In this document: piece after piece, positions 62,400 to 64,000 of the stretch
Layout of the letters: the number at the start of each line of letters is the position of its first letter
How positions within the stretch are numbered: position 1 is the first letter of the stretch
Assembly (NCBI RefSeq): GCF_027921745.1
Contig: NC_079239.1
Span: 558,001 to 622,000, forward strand
DNA length: 64,000 nucleotides
Direction: 5' to 3'
From: Schizosaccharomyces osmophilus
Taxonomy: Eukaryota
Made by a program: the position numbers and the translations under genes
Notes under the pieces: model-generated
What the model saw: the letters and a program-made list of their open reading frames with translations, nothing else
The model's database searches: none
Told to the model about the DNA's origin: nothing

Positions 62400-64000
62400 T
62401 TATTTCTTAGGGAGGGAGCGCAAAGTTCCTGTAATATTGACTGCAGGTTCGACATCCATTACATGAATTTCTGGTTCCTGTGATGCTTTCCCTGCTTTCA
62501 GCCTCTCTAGCATTAAATTGGATTCAAATGCTTTGATAGAAGGCGAAGTAGTACCTAATGTTATGTGTAGATGAGGATTGACAGTTTTTCCACACCAGAC
62601 ACTCTTCGAGTCAATGTCAACAGCAAAACACATTATTCTTCCATCCCATACGAGATTTCTAAGCGTAAAGTTCACTTGATCGATACCGTCATTTTTATTC
62701 TCAAGTTGCTTAAGATATTGCTGCCATAAAATAGCTTTTTCGGGACCTAATGTTATGTGTGAACTGTGAATCATTGTAACATGAAAAAAATCTTGAAGGG
62801 TATAAGAAGAAAACTTATCATCCCAGCTTATGCCCTTTGACCTAATTAATTCCTCCAAAATAGTTTTTACTTTATCTGAAGGAAAGCAGACCCCAAAATA
62901 TTCAAGTTCGTTGGAGTTTTCTTCTCTCTTCAACGAGCCTCCTCCCATTTTTTTTGTGTAAGCAGGCACATAATCATTAACAGCATATTCCAAAGCTTGC
63001 TGGTATTCCTCCTCACGAGGACTGTGGGTTATCAAGTCGGGCATATGCTCGCGCATATAATCGACTATCAAGCGAGTATTTTCCAGGGATCCAGCATGCG
63101 GATCCAATTCTATAATATCATCATAACCTTGATCATGAGAAAATAATTCTGGATCAAACGGTTTGTACTGTTTGTAAAACATGTCTAAAATAGCATTTAC
63201 CTTTTCCACACCCTCCGATACTTTGATGCTTTGGTGACGATCACCTCGGTTTATAATTCGCTCTTGTACGAATGGACGAGTACTGGAGTTTTGCGTAAAA
63301 GGCAAAGCTACGTAACGGACACCATCTAATTCAGCTGAAACATCATTTCGAAGAGCACTCCTCATATTCGGAATATGATTGTTTCGATCAGCGAAAACAA
63401 TAGAATGACCATTTTGAAATTCGCTGACAATTGCACGTGCAAACCTCTTGGGTCCTCCTTTACCAGAAGGGATATTGTCGTTTTGAACAACCGGCCAGTT
63501 AAATAGCTTCTCCAAGATCTTAGCGACCGTCGTTTTCCCACAACCAATGGTAGCAATTGGAACTAGTAATGTGTAAGGCTTTTCACTACTCGACTCGATC
63601 GAAATAGTCATAGCGTCGAGTTTAGAGAGAAGTAAAAACTCTTCACGCAGAGATATTATACCTTTGTTGTTAAGATAAAGAGCCTTTAATTCAGGCTTTT
63701 CTTGGAACTTCCTCCTACAAAAGTTCACATATTCATTAGTAATTTTCTTGTACTTTACGTAATTTAGAGGTTTGTCGTGTATAAGCATTTTTGTAACCTC
63801 TCTCCATTGTCGAAACATGCCGTAGGGCTCATCAAACTTGTACTTGAAAAAGAAATCATTCGTTGGCTTGTGCTTTTCAGCTTGTGCAGTAGAATGACAA
63901 CGCACAACAAATCCCTCGACACTGCGACTGTTCCACTTTCCAGTCTTTGCAGCTTCCTCCAAGAATTGTTTCATGTCTTCAAATTTTTGAATGTAAAAGG
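62400..64000 (-). CDS. trl1: Fungal tRNA ligase Trl1 (5' part outside window)
   Basis: Ligase motif EGFVVR..FFFKYKF, kinase P-loop IATIGCGKTT, and 2H phosphodiesterase motifs FHVT and LHIT. Confidence 0.95.
   Translation of the reverse strand, partial: FYIQKFEDMKQFLEEAAKTGKWNSRSVEGFVVRCHSTAQAEKHKPTNDFFFKYKFDEPYGMFRQWREVTKMLIHDKPLNYVKYKKITNEYVNFCRRKFQEKPELKALYLNNKGIISLREEFLLLSKLDAMTISIESSSEKPYTLLVPIATIGCGKTTVAKILEKLFNWPVVQNDNIPSGKGGPKRFARAIVSEFQNGHSIVFADRNNHIPNMRSALRNDVSAELDGVRYVALPFTQNSSTRPFVQERIINRGDRHQSIKVSEGVEKVNAILDMFYKQYKPFDPELFSHDQGYDDIIELDPHAGSLENTRLIVDYMREHMPDLITHSPREEEYQQALEYAVNDYVPAYTKKMGGGSLKREENSNELEYFGVCFPSDKVKTILEELIRSKGISWDDKFSSYTLQDFFHVTMIHSSHITLGPEKAILWQQYLKQLENKNDGIDQVNFTLRNLVWDGRIMCFAVDIDSKSVWCGKTVNPHLHITLGTTSPSIKAFESNLMLERLKAGKASQEPEIHVMDVEPAVNITGTLRSLPKK

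Overview
Gene-dense, intron-containing fission-yeast chromosomal DNA from a Schizosaccharomyces species. The proteins resemble but are diverged from S. pombe as I recall them, so it is probably from the octosporus/cryophilus/osmophilus group; the species cannot be fixed from sequence alone. I can support 32 protein-coding genes and one intron-containing tRNA-Ser(GCT). Their order matches my recollection of S. pombe chromosome I cosmids c4G9-c13G7-c6C3-c17G8: arg11, arg3, cmb1, tRNA-Ser, idn1, vps26, sym1, ifa38, rpl9, mrps5, a DnaJ protein, ymc1, erg7, ssa1, upf3, mac1, are1, met16, arb2, crb3, an RS-rich protein, teb1, mba1, eki1, msa1, mix17, cit1, meu43, neo1, mug68, nas6, rpp40 and a partial trl1. 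Exon structures were rebuilt by hand from splice signals and reading frame; gene symbols come from motif recognition plus recalled synteny, not from a database search. I found no mobile element, rRNA or CRISPR array. The most interesting signals are non-coding or post-transcriptional: (1) a four-AUG uORF hairpin upstream of teb1 whose 5' arm could alternatively pair with the teb1 start codon; (2) a 465-nt 5'UTR intron in cit1; (3) a stop-free, in-frame, weakly defined intron in the NMD gene upf3; (4) a candidate arg3 leader intron whose donor overlaps a mini-uORF; (5) a long msa1 leader with a single uORF, plus a 16-bp hairpin downstream of msa1; (6) clear HSE, HomolD/E, FLEX/forkhead and DSR motifs.
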